IMG/VR virus record: IMGVR_UViG_3300037722_000381
Location: 1-46,767 of that record
Strand: one strand, 5' to 3'
DNA from: a virus
Taxonomy: Duplodnaviria; Caudoviricetes
Length of the DNA: 46,767 nt
Under the pieces are notes generated by a model. It made no database searches. It was not told the DNA's origin and was given only the letters and a program-made list of their open reading frames with translations. Positions 17,458-26,119 of this stretch are shown here, piece after piece. Position 1 is the stretch's first letter. Each line of letters starts with the position of its first letter. A program made the translations under genes and the position numbers.

Positions 17458-18360
17458 TCACCACCTGATTACCAGCCTGCCTGCGGAGCCGCTTGCTTCA
17501 TCCCCACCACCGCTACCGGCAGTCCCGGAGTAGTCAGAATCGGAGGTGTTTGCTGCCGTCGATCCGCTGCCCTGCGTTGTCGTCGTGTTGGTGTTGCCGG
17601 ATGCCGTTACATAATTAGAGCCGCCACCGCCGCCACCGCCGCCCGTGGTGCTGTTTCCGGCACCACCACCACCACCGCCGAAATATCCACCGCCGCCACC
17701 GCCACCGGCGCCGTTATTGTTTCCCGTGTGATCGCCACCGGCAGCGCCGCCGTTGATACCGCCAGCCGATCCGGTCGCGTTGTTGCCGCTGCCGCCAATT
17801 CCGCCGGCAAGACTGGCTCCATCGTCGCCGTTATCGTTTCCACCGGCACCGCCCGAGCCGCCCGCGACCTGCGTTCCGCCACCGCCGCCCATGCCGCGAT
17901 TGCTATCGGAACCAGACGCAGCCGAACCGGCCCCGCCTGTGTTCCCGCCGCCGGGACCGCCATTTCCACCGTTCTGCACTTGGTTGGAATGCGGGGCGCC
18001 ACCACCGCCACCAGCACCCGCAATCAACAACGGGGTAGAGCTACGGAAAATTCCCGAATACCCGCCGCCGCCGCCGGCATATCGAGCGGTGGTAGAGCCA
18101 ACACCCGGCCCGCCGACGCGAACAGTCAGAGTTTCGCCCGGTGTTACGGGGATGTCGGCTTGAGCAAACCCGCCGCCGCCACCGTCTCCGGCATCGCCGC
18201 CGGAATCCTCGAATGCACCGCCGCCGCCCGCGCCCCACGATTTGACGCGCAATGTCGTGACGCCAGCCGGCACCTCAAATGACGTGCCCGCCGTGGCCGT
18301 GGAGTATTCCTGCAACGTAGAGAATGCAAACCTGTACGGGTCAATGAGCATCAGGCTCAA
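17458..18360 (-). CDS. glycine-rich fibre/spike protein
   Basis: IDPYRF N-terminus, WGAGGGG, poly-Gly tracts, GRLVIRW C-terminus. Confidence 0.8.
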   Translation of the reverse strand: MSLMLIDPYRFAFSTLQEYSTATAGTSFEVPAGVTTLRVKSWGAGGGGAFEDSGGDAGDGGGGGFAQADIPVTPGETLTVRVGGPGVGSTTARYAGGGGGYSGIFRSSTPLLIAGAGGGGGAPHSNQVQNGGNGGPGGGNTGGAGSAASGSDSNRGMGGGGGTQVAGGSGGAGGNDNGDDGASLAGGIGGSGNNATGSAGGINGGAAGGDHTGNNNGAGGGGGGGYFGGGGGGAGNSTTGGGGGGGGSNYVTASGNTNTTTTQGSGSTAANTSDSDYSGTAGSGGGDEASGSAGRLVIRW

Positions 18361-18833
18361 AGGTTCACCCGTCCGACAAGATACGCCTTGTACCCCCTAC
18401 CCCCCGTTCCAACCTGATCTATGTCGAAGGACACTTTTGTCCCCTTCGGGAGATTCGTATCCGAAATAACCGCAGGTGTCGCAGCCGTGATGCTCGTTTC
18501 CTCGCCGTTATCAATAGTCAGTTTAGTGGAGAGGATCGAGGTCCCGTTTTTGTTGATGTCCGCCGTGAAGATGCTTCCGGATGCTTGGGCAGAAGTCAGG
18601 GCGCCAATCACTTCCGTCAACGTAAAATCGTACGGAAGGTGAATGACGGCCTTCGTTCCAGTCGTAAGGGCCGTGGTTTCGTCCGAACACGCCACGCCAA
18701 TAAACAGCGGCATGTTCTCGAAGATCGTCCCACCGGTAACCTGTTTCGTTATCCCCGCCTCAACCGTAGGGAAGGGCAGCGAGTTCGACCACGATGCAAG
18801 CGCGTCTAGCTCGCTGATCTTCTTGTCAGCCAT
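18357..18833 (-). CDS. fibre-associated structural protein
   Basis: MADKKISEL N-terminus; FDIDQVG. Confidence 0.75.
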   Translation of the reverse strand: MADKKISELDALASWSNSLPFPTVEAGITKQVTGGTIFENMPLFIGVACSDETTALTTGTKAVIHLPYDFTLTEVIGALTSAQASGSIFTADINKNGTSILSTKLTIDNGEETSITAATPAVISDTNLPKGTKVSFDIDQVGTGGRGYKAYLVGRVNL

Positions 18834-19182
18834 GAGATATGCCGGCCTGTAGGACGATGAAATTCAACGTCGAGGCACCGGAGACGGCCGTGATGTTCAG
18901 TCGAACACCGGTAGAAGGAGAGGTAATCGAACCATCCCTGACTACGGCAGCAGAGGCCGATACGTTCACGCCGGACACAACAGTGTCAATGGCGATGGCA
19001 GAGGTTTGAGACAGGATCGGATGCACCGTCCGTTGAACGGTGAAGGTAACGTCCTTCCCGCCGTTCGCCTTGTTGACAACCCATGCAACATTGAACGGGT
19101 TGATATGCGGATCGACGGGTATCCAGCTAGTCGCGGTGGCCCCCGAGGCGACCGCGATCTGTACGCTCGTGGGCCGGCCCAT
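18826..19182 (-). CDS. virion structural protein (MGRPTSVQ...)
   Basis: TAATG overlap; beta-rich, VRLNITA..LQAG. Confidence 0.75.
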   Translation of the reverse strand: MGRPTSVQIAVASGATATSWIPVDPHINPFNVAWVVNKANGGKDVTFTVQRTVHPILSQTSAIAIDTVVSGVNVSASAAVVRDGSITSPSTGVRLNITAVSGASTLNFIVLQAGISHG

Positions 19183-19613
19183 TACGAGCCCTGCTTGTAT
19201 GTGATGTGAACCACACCCGCGAAGGCACCGGTTGTCGCGGAGTTTGCGACCGTGGCATCGACCGTGACCCGGTTCGCCGCAGAGGCGCCCAACGTCTTCC
19301 ACGCGGCACCGGAAACGCCGGTCAGCGTGTGGTAGGTGTTCTTCCCGGATACCGAGATACCCGCGTACTGGTCTTCGTCGGCCGATGTGCCGATGCGAAT
19401 CGTGTACGAAGCGGCCGAACCCGCGACGGCGGTTTCGATGACCGCCATAACGTCGATCAATTCGCAATTCGGGGGCACCATCACAAAACCCTTTTTCGCG
19501 CCGCCAGAGACAACAACGCTCTGTACCGCGAGAACCGTTCCGATGGTATTGCCCAGCGCGTGGCCGGCTTCCTTGCCGGTCCTGACTGGACCTGAAAACG
19601 TAGTTCTGGACAT
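19182..19613 (-). CDS. capsid decoration/cement-like protein
   Basis: TTFSGPV N-terminus; directly after MCP; AAGGA SD. Confidence 0.75.
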   Translation of the reverse strand: MSRTTFSGPVRTGKEAGHALGNTIGTVLAVQSVVVSGGAKKGFVMVPPNCELIDVMAVIETAVAGSAASYTIRIGTSADEDQYAGISVSGKNTYHTLTGVSGAAWKTLGASAANRVTVDATVANSATTGAFAGVVHITYKQGS

Positions 19614-19654
19614 GTCTGAAAATTCCTTCAGTCGGCGTTACGCCGTCATGTATG

Positions 19655-19705
19655 AAAAGAGGTGGCCCCGACCCGGCTCTCCCGAAAATGCGGGGAGTCG
19701 GGGCC
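19655..19705 (-). terminator. hairpin/terminator downstream of MCP
   Basis: GGCCCCGAC...GTCGGGGCC stem with inner stem, followed by CTCTTTT. Confidence 0.55.
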
Positions 19706-19720
19706 GTAAAATCACGCTAA

Positions 19721-20614
19721 TTAGGCGCCAGCTGTTGCGTAGCAGCCGCGCCAGTCCGTCAAGCCCTGCGACCACCGCTTGGTAGTCGTGAACTTCAGGT
19801 TCTGCGTGTCGAAGTCGTTGTCGCGGTTGATCTCGGCCGAACGGCGGAGGTAGGTCGTGAGACCGTCTTCCGCGTCGGTCACGATGAACCATGCGTCGGC
19901 ATCCGTGAGATACGGAGACACGACCACGCTCATCTTTCCGCGAACAACGTTGATGTCGTTGTCGGCCGACCCGACCGCCCGATCCGTACCGAGAATCTTC
20001 TCGGCAACGTGCCAGAGGGCCGTGGGGACGACGAGCGTGCGCGGACGGACCATGATCTTCAACGAATTGTCGTCGAGCCAGTCCATAATATCCGTGCAGG
20101 CCTGTTCCAGAGCCGCCATCGTAAGGTCGGAGGCGGTGTCCGGAAGGTTCGACTGCAACACCGCGTCACCCACGTTGGGGTGAGAGGCGCTGAAGATCGC
20201 TACACCATCGGCTGCCAGTTCGGTCGAGAACCCGTTGTTTAACACGTTCCAATGGGTCGTCTCTTCCGTCTGACGCATCGAACGCGCCAGCATGGAAGGC
20301 AGCTTCTGAATGTAGTTGTACTGATCGTCCTCATACATCTCGCGCGTAACCGAGGCGCCAAGGCCGTACGTCGTGTTGACGTATTCCTTCTGGAACCCCT
20401 GATACGGGTCGATGTAGTTGATTGGACTGCCCTGGTTCTTCACGCTGGCGAGGGGCAGGCCGGTAACGCCCTGTTCCTTCTCGAACGCCTTTGTGGAATT
20501 CTTCGACGTGAAGACCTTGGAGTAAAGGGGTTCCCAGTCGTTGTACTTGTCACCCCAGATTTTGTTGATGCCGGGCCAGAGAAGCTCGGCGAAGTTACCC
20601 GATGCTACGGTCAT
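19721..20614 (-). CDS. major capsid protein (HK97 fold, HTVC010P/Mu gpT-like)
   Basis: LLWPG, TREMYEDDQY, ADGVAIFSASHP, PYLTDADAWF, DWRG motifs; AGGAG SD. Confidence 0.9.
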   Translation of the reverse strand: MTVASGNFAELLWPGINKIWGDKYNDWEPLYSKVFTSKNSTKAFEKEQGVTGLPLASVKNQGSPINYIDPYQGFQKEYVNTTYGLGASVTREMYEDDQYNYIQKLPSMLARSMRQTEETTHWNVLNNGFSTELAADGVAIFSASHPNVGDAVLQSNLPDTASDLTMAALEQACTDIMDWLDDNSLKIMVRPRTLVVPTALWHVAEKILGTDRAVGSADNDINVVRGKMSVVVSPYLTDADAWFIVTDAEDGLTTYLRRSAEINRDNDFDTQNLKFTTTKRWSQGLTDWRGCYATAGA

Positions 20615-20625
20615 GTTCTATCTCC

Positions 20626-21186
20626 TTACTTGAACAGGCCGGCAACGGCGACAACTTCGACCCGATTGGCCGCACCGGTTTCTCCCGTAACCTCATCGAA
20701 CGGCGAAAGGCCGATGATGCGGAACGGAACCGGCGAACCGGCGACAGTCGTCAGCGTGACGTGCATTCTCGACACGCCAACGGCAGTATTCATTGCCGTG
20801 ACGACGATAAACACAGCCTGACCGATGTTCGACAAACCAACGGACGTGTCGCACTCGACGATAAACGTCATGTCGGGATCGTCCATAACATCGACAAACC
20901 CCGCGACAGAGGTCGGCAGGAATGCCGCCGTGTTCGGGAGGTTGTGCGTCAGCGGACGTTTGTCCGTGTTGTAAAGGGCACGGACGACACCCAGAAACCG
21001 CGCGGTATCGGCGGTCGCGTTGGTCAACGCGATAACCGCACCGGCGGCGTCGAGAGTAACCGCGTCGCCAATAGCGAGCGGCGTAGAACGAGTCTCGACA
21101 GCCTCGTAAAGTTTCGATCTCGGCGCACCAGTTCCACCTGTGAGATGGCGCGACGGAACGAAACCCCTTCGTTTAGAGGTAGCCAT
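20626..21186 (-). CDS. capsid-associated protein upstream of MCP
   Basis: RGFVP, GDAV, DDPD, RIIGL motifs; position. Confidence 0.75.
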   Translation of the reverse strand: MATSKRRGFVPSRHLTGGTGAPRSKLYEAVETRSTPLAIGDAVTLDAAGAVIALTNATADTARFLGVVRALYNTDKRPLTHNLPNTAAFLPTSVAGFVDVMDDPDMTFIVECDTSVGLSNIGQAVFIVVTAMNTAVGVSRMHVTLTTVAGSPVPFRIIGLSPFDEVTGETGAANRVEVVAVAGLFK

Positions 21187-21194
21187 TGTAATTC

Positions 21195-21599
21195 CTACTC
21201 AATGACAATTGTTCCATGAATTGCGCGCGATCCGCCGGGCGAAGCCCGCTCCGCGTCTTCGAGGAGCCGTTTCTTCAGCCCTGCGGTTTGCTGTTTTGTC
21301 TTTTCCGAAAAATACTCACGATGGCTCTGGTAGTCCTCTGCCGGTAGGGCATGAAGGATCAATCCGCGCGTTTCGGTAATCGACGTATCGTGCTTTTCGC
21401 CATTCTCGACGGCATCGCCGTGCAGCTTCGAGGCCGGAACCCAACCGTCCTCCTGTTTCCGCCTGAGATTGTCCGGGTCCGTTGCGTCTATCCACCGATA
21501 GACATAATCAGGATTCTTCCCGACAACCTTCATGCGCTGGGCCGGCGTCCAGGACTTTTTGCCCTTCTTTTCTTTTGCCGGCGCGTCGTTCTTCTTCAT
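21195..21599 (-). CDS. conserved head-module protein
   Basis: YRWI...GWVP...LIL motif. Confidence 0.75.
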   Translation of the reverse strand: MKKNDAPAKEKKGKKSWTPAQRMKVVGKNPDYVYRWIDATDPDNLRRKQEDGWVPASKLHGDAVENGEKHDTSITETRGLILHALPAEDYQSHREYFSEKTKQQTAGLKKRLLEDAERASPGGSRAIHGTIVIE

Positions 21600-22336
21600 T
21601 AACTTGCTCCCAGTAACTGCTTTTGTTTGGCGTAGTCCTGCGGGGTAATCCCCATGTTCTTCGCAACGCGCAACTCGTCGTCACTCAGCTTCGTGCTGGT
21701 CGTTGACGGTCGCGTGCCGGAAGACAGCGCACCCGGACCCGGCGCACGCTTTTTCTGCGTGCCCATGCGCTTGTCGATTTCGGCGAGAATCTTCGGAACA
21801 TCGTTTCCAAAAGAAGGATCGCCGATTAACTGTTTCGTGAGGTTGTGAACCTCCTGATATTTCGGGTGTGTCTGTTGCGCCCACGGTCGGAGAAAATTCC
21901 CGCTCGCGTCCACTTCCGACTCCCACTCCATTGCCTCCGATACATCGACGTTCGGGGTCTGAATCTCGGGGAGAGACAGGGTTGTTTTAGGCTTGGGCTG
22001 TAGTTCCTTTGTCAAAAGAACTTGCAACTGAGCCTGGGCCCTCGCATCGCCCTTTTCGGTGGCGGCGGCCAGCGCGGCCTCGATCTGCCCTACTCTCGTG
22101 TTGACTTCCGAGGTCTCCTGCTTGGCAATCAGTTCCTCAAGTTTCGAGGTGAGGGCCCGGTTGTGTTCCTGCAACGCGGTCATGCCGCGCTCGGTGTTTT
22201 TCAGATGTCCGTAGACGCGGGTGAATCTCGCCTTCGCCTTCTGGGAGCCCCACTCCGCGTCGTCTACCCAATCGGTGCCCTTGGGCTCCTCTTTCTTTTC
22301 TTCCTGCTCTACAATTTCTTGCTTTTCATCGCTCAT
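21599..22336 (-). CDS. capsid scaffolding protein
   Basis: Acidic N-terminus, coiled coil, C-terminal LSDDELRVAKNMGITPQDYAK. Confidence 0.75.
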   Translation of the reverse strand: MSDEKQEIVEQEEKKEEPKGTDWVDDAEWGSQKAKARFTRVYGHLKNTERGMTALQEHNRALTSKLEELIAKQETSEVNTRVGQIEAALAAATEKGDARAQAQLQVLLTKELQPKPKTTLSLPEIQTPNVDVSEAMEWESEVDASGNFLRPWAQQTHPKYQEVHNLTKQLIGDPSFGNDVPKILAEIDKRMGTQKKRAPGPGALSSGTRPSTTSTKLSDDELRVAKNMGITPQDYAKQKQLLGAS

Positions 22337-22602
22337 TCAATGACTCCAATAATATCTTCGTCCTGACAGACGAAATGCTCTTCGTCAGAACCGGGGAGCT
22401 TTACCCACGCCCCCGCGTGCTGACCGAATACGACGTGCTGCCCCGGTTTGATTGACTCATCGCAGGTGGGGCCAACCGCGATGACAATCCCCGTTGTCGG
22501 AGCCAAACGCTTCTCCGCCTGTTCGGGGATAATGATCAATTTGCTTTTCGTTTGAACGGAATCGCGCTTCAGAAGAACACGCGCAAATAGCGGTGTTATC
22601 AA
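22333..22602 (-). CDS. groES: GroES-like co-chaperonin
   Basis: PLFARVLL, IIIPE, GIVIAVGP, VVFGQHAG, EDIIGVIE; TTG start with AGGAG SD. Confidence 0.85.
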   Translation of the reverse strand: MITPLFARVLLKRDSVQTKSKLIIIPEQAEKRLAPTTGIVIAVGPTCDESIKPGQHVVFGQHAGAWVKLPGSDEEHFVCQDEDIIGVIE

Positions 22603-22624
22603 CTTTTTCTCCTAGACTCTTTGC

Positions 22625-22653
22625 TTGCAATACTGACTCTGCGAGTCCATATT
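22625..22653 (+). promoter_or_regulatory. sigma70-like promoter of antisense moron
   Basis: TTGCAA-N17-CATATT; GACTC-TGC-GAGTC palindrome in the spacer. Confidence 0.55.
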
Positions 22654-22662
22654 GAGGGTGCT

Positions 22663-22845
22663 ATGAGAACCCTCATACTCGCGGGCCTGTTACTGGCCCT
22701 CACGGGGCCGGCTCTGGCCGATAATTCCCAGCCCGGCTCCCCCGAACCCACGTCAACGACATGGCTGGAAAAGCCCAAGTTCCAGACGGAGAAGGTCTCC
22801 AACCCGCCCGCAAAGGCGCGGACGGAAACGGTCGATCAGCTCTAA
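22663..22845 (+). CDS. small secreted protein (moron, antisense to head operon)
   Basis: Signal peptide MRTLILAGLLLALTGPALA; GAGGG SD; fills the intergenic gap. Confidence 0.7.
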   Translation: MRTLILAGLLLALTGPALADNSQPGSPEPTSTTWLEKPKFQTEKVSNPPAKARTETVDQL

Positions 22846-23999
22846 CGCCGAATTGGGCCTCTCCGACGGAGTTTGACCGACCCGCCGCTGCCGTCGTTGC
22901 TCTCGGTGCCTTCTGAGCCCCCCGTACCACCGAGGGCGCTCAGGAGCGCGTCTACCGTAGGTGCGTAGGACAGCCCGAAGGTCTGGTTCAAATACTGATG
23001 CTCAATTGGCTTCGCCGCTCCGTAACCACCGGAACCAAGTGCGGGGCGGAGCAGGCTTGAGAAATAATCGAGAACGTCGGGGCTCTGGAAATACGAGTTC
23101 GCGGACTGCGTTCCATACGTAGCAATCAACGCCCTGATCTGTTCGTCCGTCATTCCCGGTTCAAGAAACGCCGCGAGTTCATCCGGGATCGTTGCCGGCA
23201 TGGGGGGCATACCCCCCTCACCCTCTCCATCCCCTCCGCCACCGCCGCCTGTGATCGACGGCAGGGCCGAAGAGAAGTCGCTCATGTATTCACCGGTAGC
23301 TACGCGATCACCACCGCGTCCACCCGTGGGCCCGAAATCAGAACCCGCAAACCTCGCTTTCATTGCAGCATCCGGGTCCTTCGCTATAGACCCGTAACCC
23401 GTCCCCTCGACGTTCCCGCTGGTGTCGTCGAACATCCCGCCGCCGATCAGGGAAGCGAGCCCGCCTATAACCTCAACCGGATTTACTGTAGCAATGCCCA
23501 TCAGGGTGGACCCGATAGCCATCGCGTCATCGAACCCGAAACTTGATTCAGCGGGACCAGCCGCAGGCGTTCCCGCGATACTCATCTTGGGATCGGCAAA
23601 CCGGCTTGCCTCCTTGATCCCACCGAGGGAGGACGATTTCTGCGAACTGCCGCTGATCGACCCCGACCGGGCACCGATACCGGAACTTTTCTGCGGGCCG
23701 TCGGACTTGCCGATTGATCCGCCACCGGAACCAGCCACGCCACCGCGACCGACAGAGGCGCCGGCAGAATGCCCGCCACCCTCACGAGAGACCTTGGCAA
23801 ACTCTCTTAATCCCGTATTGGGGTTGACCGTCCCCCTACCGCCGCGACGGCGCAGCATTTCCGCTTCCTGCGGCGTGATATGCGCCACCATCGAATCGCC
23901 GTCTCTACCCAATCGGCCGAGCATCTGCGAAAGCGGCATTCTGCGGGAGGCGTAACCATTGGGACGAGAGAACAGTCCCGACAATCTACCGTACATCAA
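22842..23999 (-). CDS. Gly/Ser-rich internal virion-like protein
   Basis: GRDGDSMVAHITPQEAEMLRRRGGRGTVNPNTGLREF motif. Confidence 0.75.
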   Translation of the reverse strand: MMYGRLSGLFSRPNGYASRRMPLSQMLGRLGRDGDSMVAHITPQEAEMLRRRGGRGTVNPNTGLREFAKVSREGGGHSAGASVGRGGVAGSGGGSIGKSDGPQKSSGIGARSGSISGSSQKSSSLGGIKEASRFADPKMSIAGTPAAGPAESSFGFDDAMAIGSTLMGIATVNPVEVIGGLASLIGGGMFDDTSGNVEGTGYGSIAKDPDAAMKARFAGSDFGPTGGRGGDRVATGEYMSDFSSALPSITGGGGGGDGEGEGGMPPMPATIPDELAAFLEPGMTDEQIRALIATYGTQSANSYFQSPDVLDYFSSLLRPALGSGGYGAAKPIEHQYLNQTFGLSYAPTVDALLSALGGTGGSEGTESNDGSGGSVKLRRRGPIRR

Positions 24000-24183
24000 G
24001 CGTATCCTTCATCCATTTGCGGACCACCGCCCGCTCCTTGAGTTGGTTGGCCTCCTCCCATGACCGGAGAGCCAGCAGGTCCGCCTCCGTTATCGGGAAC
24101 TTGTCCAGGAACTCCGCCAGAAACCATTGGGTTATGGGGTGGTGCTGCCACAGGGTTAATTGGTCCGAGTCCGGCGCTTCCAT
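23986..24183 (-). CDS. 65-aa protein overprinted on the portal C-terminus
   Basis: WQHHPITQWF motif, GGGGA SD; portal frame is low-complexity here. Confidence 0.55.
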   Translation of the reverse strand: MEAPDSDQLTLWQHHPITQWFLAEFLDKFPITEADLLALRSWEEANQLKERAVVRKWMKDTLDVR

Positions 24184-26119
24184 GTAAAATCCCCGGTAAA
24201 GCCGTTTCTGTCATTCCGTACATGTATGCGATGTGCATCTGTCTGTGCTGCTCAAGCTGCGCCCGCGCAATCGGAGAAAGTCTTGGACCGTAAAGCGGGT
24301 CCTTCTCCATCGCATCATGGACAAGCAAGTGGTTGATGTGATCCTGCTCCGAGTGAACGGCGGGCATGATCGCGTTCGGCATCAGGAGACCGATATTCTC
24401 AATCTGCGGATCGTCCACCCGTCCCGGCTCCGGAATGTCGGGTAGAATCTCCTTGATGTTCATCGACCCAAGGGCCTGAAGGTATCTTTTCGACGCAGCC
24501 CTTAAATGCTTCGGAGACTGGATAATCAGGGGATTGGTTGAAACAAACTGCCACTCCGCCTGCGCCCGTGCGAGTTTCTGCTGTTCCGTTGCGAGTTTGG
24601 TATCTACGATGGGAACGATTTTAAGATCGTTGGCGTAGTCCTTCCTTCCGATCTCGAAACGCTCAAGACCATCGGCATCGAGAACGGTTACATACTGCTT
24701 GTCATCGAGATATCTACCGTTCAACCGATAGACCTTGGCAAGTTCTCTTTCCCACGAGTCAAAGAGGCGCTCGTAAGCCGCCGTCGTGACTTGCAGGGAC
24801 TGATCGAGAAGGGCAAGAATCGCAGTCGGCTGTTGAACCTTGTCTGTCTGACCTGTAACGGCCTCGGTCGTAAACGCGAGACGGTCAGAACGCTGCATCA
24901 ATATCTGCAAGACATTGGCAATCGTAGGATCGGGACCGGAAAACTGGAACTCGTGAATCGAATCCGCGATCTTCCCCGCCGTACCCGGCTCTACTCCGAT
25001 AAACTTGCCCATCGAAAACTGAAGCTCGCCCTTTTTCGTGGCGAGCCTCTTATCGAAGAACCCGGCCTTCATATTTGCGAGAGAACCGGCGTCGATGGTC
25101 TGTCTTAGAAGCTTGTTCAGGGACGTGTTGATGTGTCCCAGAAGATGTCCAAGCCCCAGCATGTACGGACCATCGGGATTCGGCAGATACCCATAGTCCG
25201 TGTACTGCTCTATCGGCTCCTTGTCGTACAGAGGGCTCCCGGTTTGATCGGTCTCGTAGCGGATCGCAATCCTGCGAATCTCTCTGGCTTCAAGATCAAT
25301 CGTGACAATATAGGGCTCTTCAATCCCGTCTCCGTCGAGATCGACCAGCCTATGTTGCTCAAGTATTTTACAGTAGGTCACATAGTCCGAACTGGACTGA
25401 GGGACTTGACCGGAAGCCTGATCTATCGCCGTTGTCGTCGGCTTGTCGTCCGCCATCGTCCACGGTCGGCAGGGTTCGGAAAAGTACCCCGTAGACGCAT
25501 AGATTTTCGTGTCGTTTACCGAAAGCCAGATGATCTCCGATTTTCTGTCGAGTTCGTGTAATTCTCTGTTCCCGATTCCATAGGGGAGAACCAAATCCTC
25601 CGCACGGACGTTTCGGACCTGAATCTTTCCTCTTACCGGATCGTAGTAGGTCTTCGTAAAGAACGACCCATGTAACGGAACGGAGAGAAGCAGCTTGTCC
25701 TTCTGCCTCTTGTAAGACGGGTCTTCAACGAGAAGCTGGTGCGAGAGGTGTTTTGAAACCCTCTCGGCACGTTTGATGTCGTACTCTCCGATCTCTCCTG
25801 TAGGGATGGCCTTGAACGGAGTTCTATTGGGAAAGAACGCCTGAAACGCGCGCGCGTTGAATTGGGTACATGCTTCCGAAAGAGTCGGGATACATTCTTG
25901 AGACGAATTTTCCCACGGCGGATTGACGGGCTTGTCGTTCTGGTGAAACAGGCGAATCCATTTCGCGTGCATGTCCAGCCACGGGCCGCGCGAGGTTTCG
26001 TCGTCCTCATATTCCGCGATACACCGCTCGGCCAGGTCCTTCAGCTCCTTCTCATTCAAGGAGGGAACGAGGTTCTGTAACTCCGGCGGGACCCCCTGTT
26101 GGTCAATGTCAGGCGGCAT
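23996..26119 (-). CDS. portal protein (P22-like)
   Basis: 707 aa; PWENSS, GSFFTKTYYD, DLDGDGIEEPYIVT, TIDAGSLAN. Confidence 0.9.
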   Translation of the reverse strand: MPPDIDQQGVPPELQNLVPSLNEKELKDLAERCIAEYEDDETSRGPWLDMHAKWIRLFHQNDKPVNPPWENSSQECIPTLSEACTQFNARAFQAFFPNRTPFKAIPTGEIGEYDIKRAERVSKHLSHQLLVEDPSYKRQKDKLLLSVPLHGSFFTKTYYDPVRGKIQVRNVRAEDLVLPYGIGNRELHELDRKSEIIWLSVNDTKIYASTGYFSEPCRPWTMADDKPTTTAIDQASGQVPQSSSDYVTYCKILEQHRLVDLDGDGIEEPYIVTIDLEAREIRRIAIRYETDQTGSPLYDKEPIEQYTDYGYLPNPDGPYMLGLGHLLGHINTSLNKLLRQTIDAGSLANMKAGFFDKRLATKKGELQFSMGKFIGVEPGTAGKIADSIHEFQFSGPDPTIANVLQILMQRSDRLAFTTEAVTGQTDKVQQPTAILALLDQSLQVTTAAYERLFDSWERELAKVYRLNGRYLDDKQYVTVLDADGLERFEIGRKDYANDLKIVPIVDTKLATEQQKLARAQAEWQFVSTNPLIIQSPKHLRAASKRYLQALGSMNIKEILPDIPEPGRVDDPQIENIGLLMPNAIMPAVHSEQDHINHLLVHDAMEKDPLYGPRLSPIARAQLEQHRQMHIAYMYGMTETALPGILHGSAGLGPINPVAAPPHNPMVSGGVPGQVPDNGGGPAGSPVMGGGQPTQGAGGGPQMDEGYA

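Noticed and set aside
17446-18282. 278-aa + strand ORF and GCC-rich repeats
   Set aside because: Antisense shadow of the poly-Gly fibre gene
15567-18360. Diversity-generating retroelement or invertible fibre cassette
   Set aside because: No reverse transcriptase, invertase or template/variable repeat pair was recognised
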